NCBI GenBank assembly: GCA_026023565.1
Contig: JAPETS010000062.1
Span: 1-64,000 of the forward strand
Reading direction: 5' to 3'
Source of the DNA: Cirrosporium novae-zelandiae
Lineage: Eukaryota
Length of the DNA stretch: 64,000 nucleotides
This document shows positions 62,654-64,000 of the stretch, one piece after another. Both the position numbers and the translations under genes were made by a program. Each line of letters starts with the position of its first letter. Position 1 is the first letter of the stretch. The notes beneath the pieces were generated by a model. It did not search any database. It worked only from the letters and a program-made list of their open reading frames with translations, and was not told the origin of the DNA.

Positions 62654-64000
62654 TTAAACTTCGGGTTTTTTTCCGTATACGACATAGCTACTCTGGAATC
62701 AGTCCTATCAAGTTAATCCTTTTATACCATTCTAGACTCACAATGAAACATAACTATGATATTTAAAGGTTGTCAGTTCCTTCCTCAACCGCATCAGCAA
62801 TATTTCCAATTCCTCTCTACTCTTCTTAAGTTCCTTGGTATACCCTCGAAGTAAGAATGCCTGAGCGCCTTCGGTTAGATTCATCAATTCTAATGCACCT
62901 ATTTTCTTCAATCGCATATCCTTTGGCCATGGAGATGTCGGAATCTTGAAGATTACCTCCTTGACATTAGAAAACCCGGTCTCGGACATATATTCGCGAT
63001 AGTGAAGCGGAGCATTAGGCTCTGCATTGATTTTTTCTCCAATCTCTTGAAAAGCTTCGCAAACTTCAATATATGCGCAATTTGCTGGAAGATTGTTATC
63101 GTCACATGCAGGTACAGGCAAAACGCAGGCAAGCTCGAGATGCCCACCTGGATTGAGGTGCCTGTGAAATAATTTAGATGAACCACCAATAACAGGGTTC
63201 TGGAGAGTGAATTTACTCATAGCTTTGCTTCACCAGGTGCGGCCAGTCACGGATTGAATGATATAGATCGCGAGCATGGATGTAGTCAAAGCTACCATTT
63301 GAAAATACCCATTCGTCTTCAGCGTCAAAGATTTCGAATTCACAATTCGGTGGGATCCTTTACGGGTCAGTCTGATGCTTTGCAGCCGATTAATAATATA
63401 CCATTGTGGTTGCACAGGTGCAATGTCTATGCCAATAATCTGAGTTTCGTTAGTACTTGGTCCCAATGATTGGCTGAAGGGAAATTCAATTACACTTGCA
63501 GAAGGATACATGTCAGCAAGTTCTATTGCAAATATCCCTAAGCACTCATAAGTTTCATATCATGGAGCATTAGGTGTCTGGAAAAGGGATACCGGTTCCA
63601 GTCCCAATATCTAGCATCTTCTGTGGATTGGGGATTATAGGAGCTAAGAATAGCTTTCCGTTTTGAAGGAGGTGGTATTTATGGTGCTCCATATCAAGCC
63701 TATCAAGCTCGTCATCATCCAGGGGAAGACCGTATTCTAATATTCCAAGGTGAGTGGAGTAAAGAGTGACTTTCTTTGGGGGCTAACCGTGATTACCGAA
63801 CGTCGCATATACCCTACCATTTTCAACCATGCCTTGTTTGATCTCCGCCGCTATAGATGAACAGAAGCTCGTGGCGCTAGCCGCTTTCTTAGTTTCCTCG
63901 GTGTATCATGTCTTAGGGAACAGTACCTAGATTCAGTGTAGCCTTCATCCTCTAGAAATAACTAAAAAGATTTTCTTCAGCATTTATGGTAGACCTAGAA
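62654..64000 (-). CDS. LaeA-like SAM-dependent methyltransferase (5' end beyond the window)
   Basis: ENGRVY, LPLDDDELDRLDMEH, LDIGTGTG, GIDIAPVQP, VPPNCEFEIFD, FDYIHAR, LNPGGHLE, PWPKD..LKKIG, FYVVYGKKP; many short introns. Confidence 0.9.

Overview
Filamentous ascomycete (Pezizomycotina-type) nuclear DNA with short GT-AG introns and CTRAC branch points, so most ORF-track entries are exon fragments or shadows. I reconstructed about 20 spliced genes by hand. Housekeeping genes are a SWIRM-domain protein and CDC50/LEM3. There are two fungal NLRs (NACHT-WD40 and NACHT-ankyrin) with recently homogenised repeats. A putative organic-acid catabolic cluster (24-31 kb) comprises an ACS-family MFS transporter, a 2-hydroxyacid dehydrogenase, a Zn2Cys6 factor and a DHDPS-family aldolase; both enzymes end in peroxisomal PTS1 signals. 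A cyclase/sugar-transporter pair follows, with an intron-containing tRNA-Asp nested antisense in a transporter intron. Next come a signal-peptide-bearing nicotinamidase-like gene the ORF track does not resolve, an LRAT/PPPDE-like small protein, a degenerate-HNH + APH-kinase fusion and a PTH11-like receptor. A second cluster has an intronless enoyl-CoA hydratase::CaiC-like CoA ligase fusion, a hotdog thioesterase and a Zn2Cys6 factor, flanked by SDR and HAD pseudogenes. A LaeA-like methyltransferase runs off the right end. Gene blocks are separated by microsatellite-rich low-complexity tracts carrying MITE-like inverted-repeat relics. All family calls come from motif recognition, not database searches, and exon boundaries are manual predictions.
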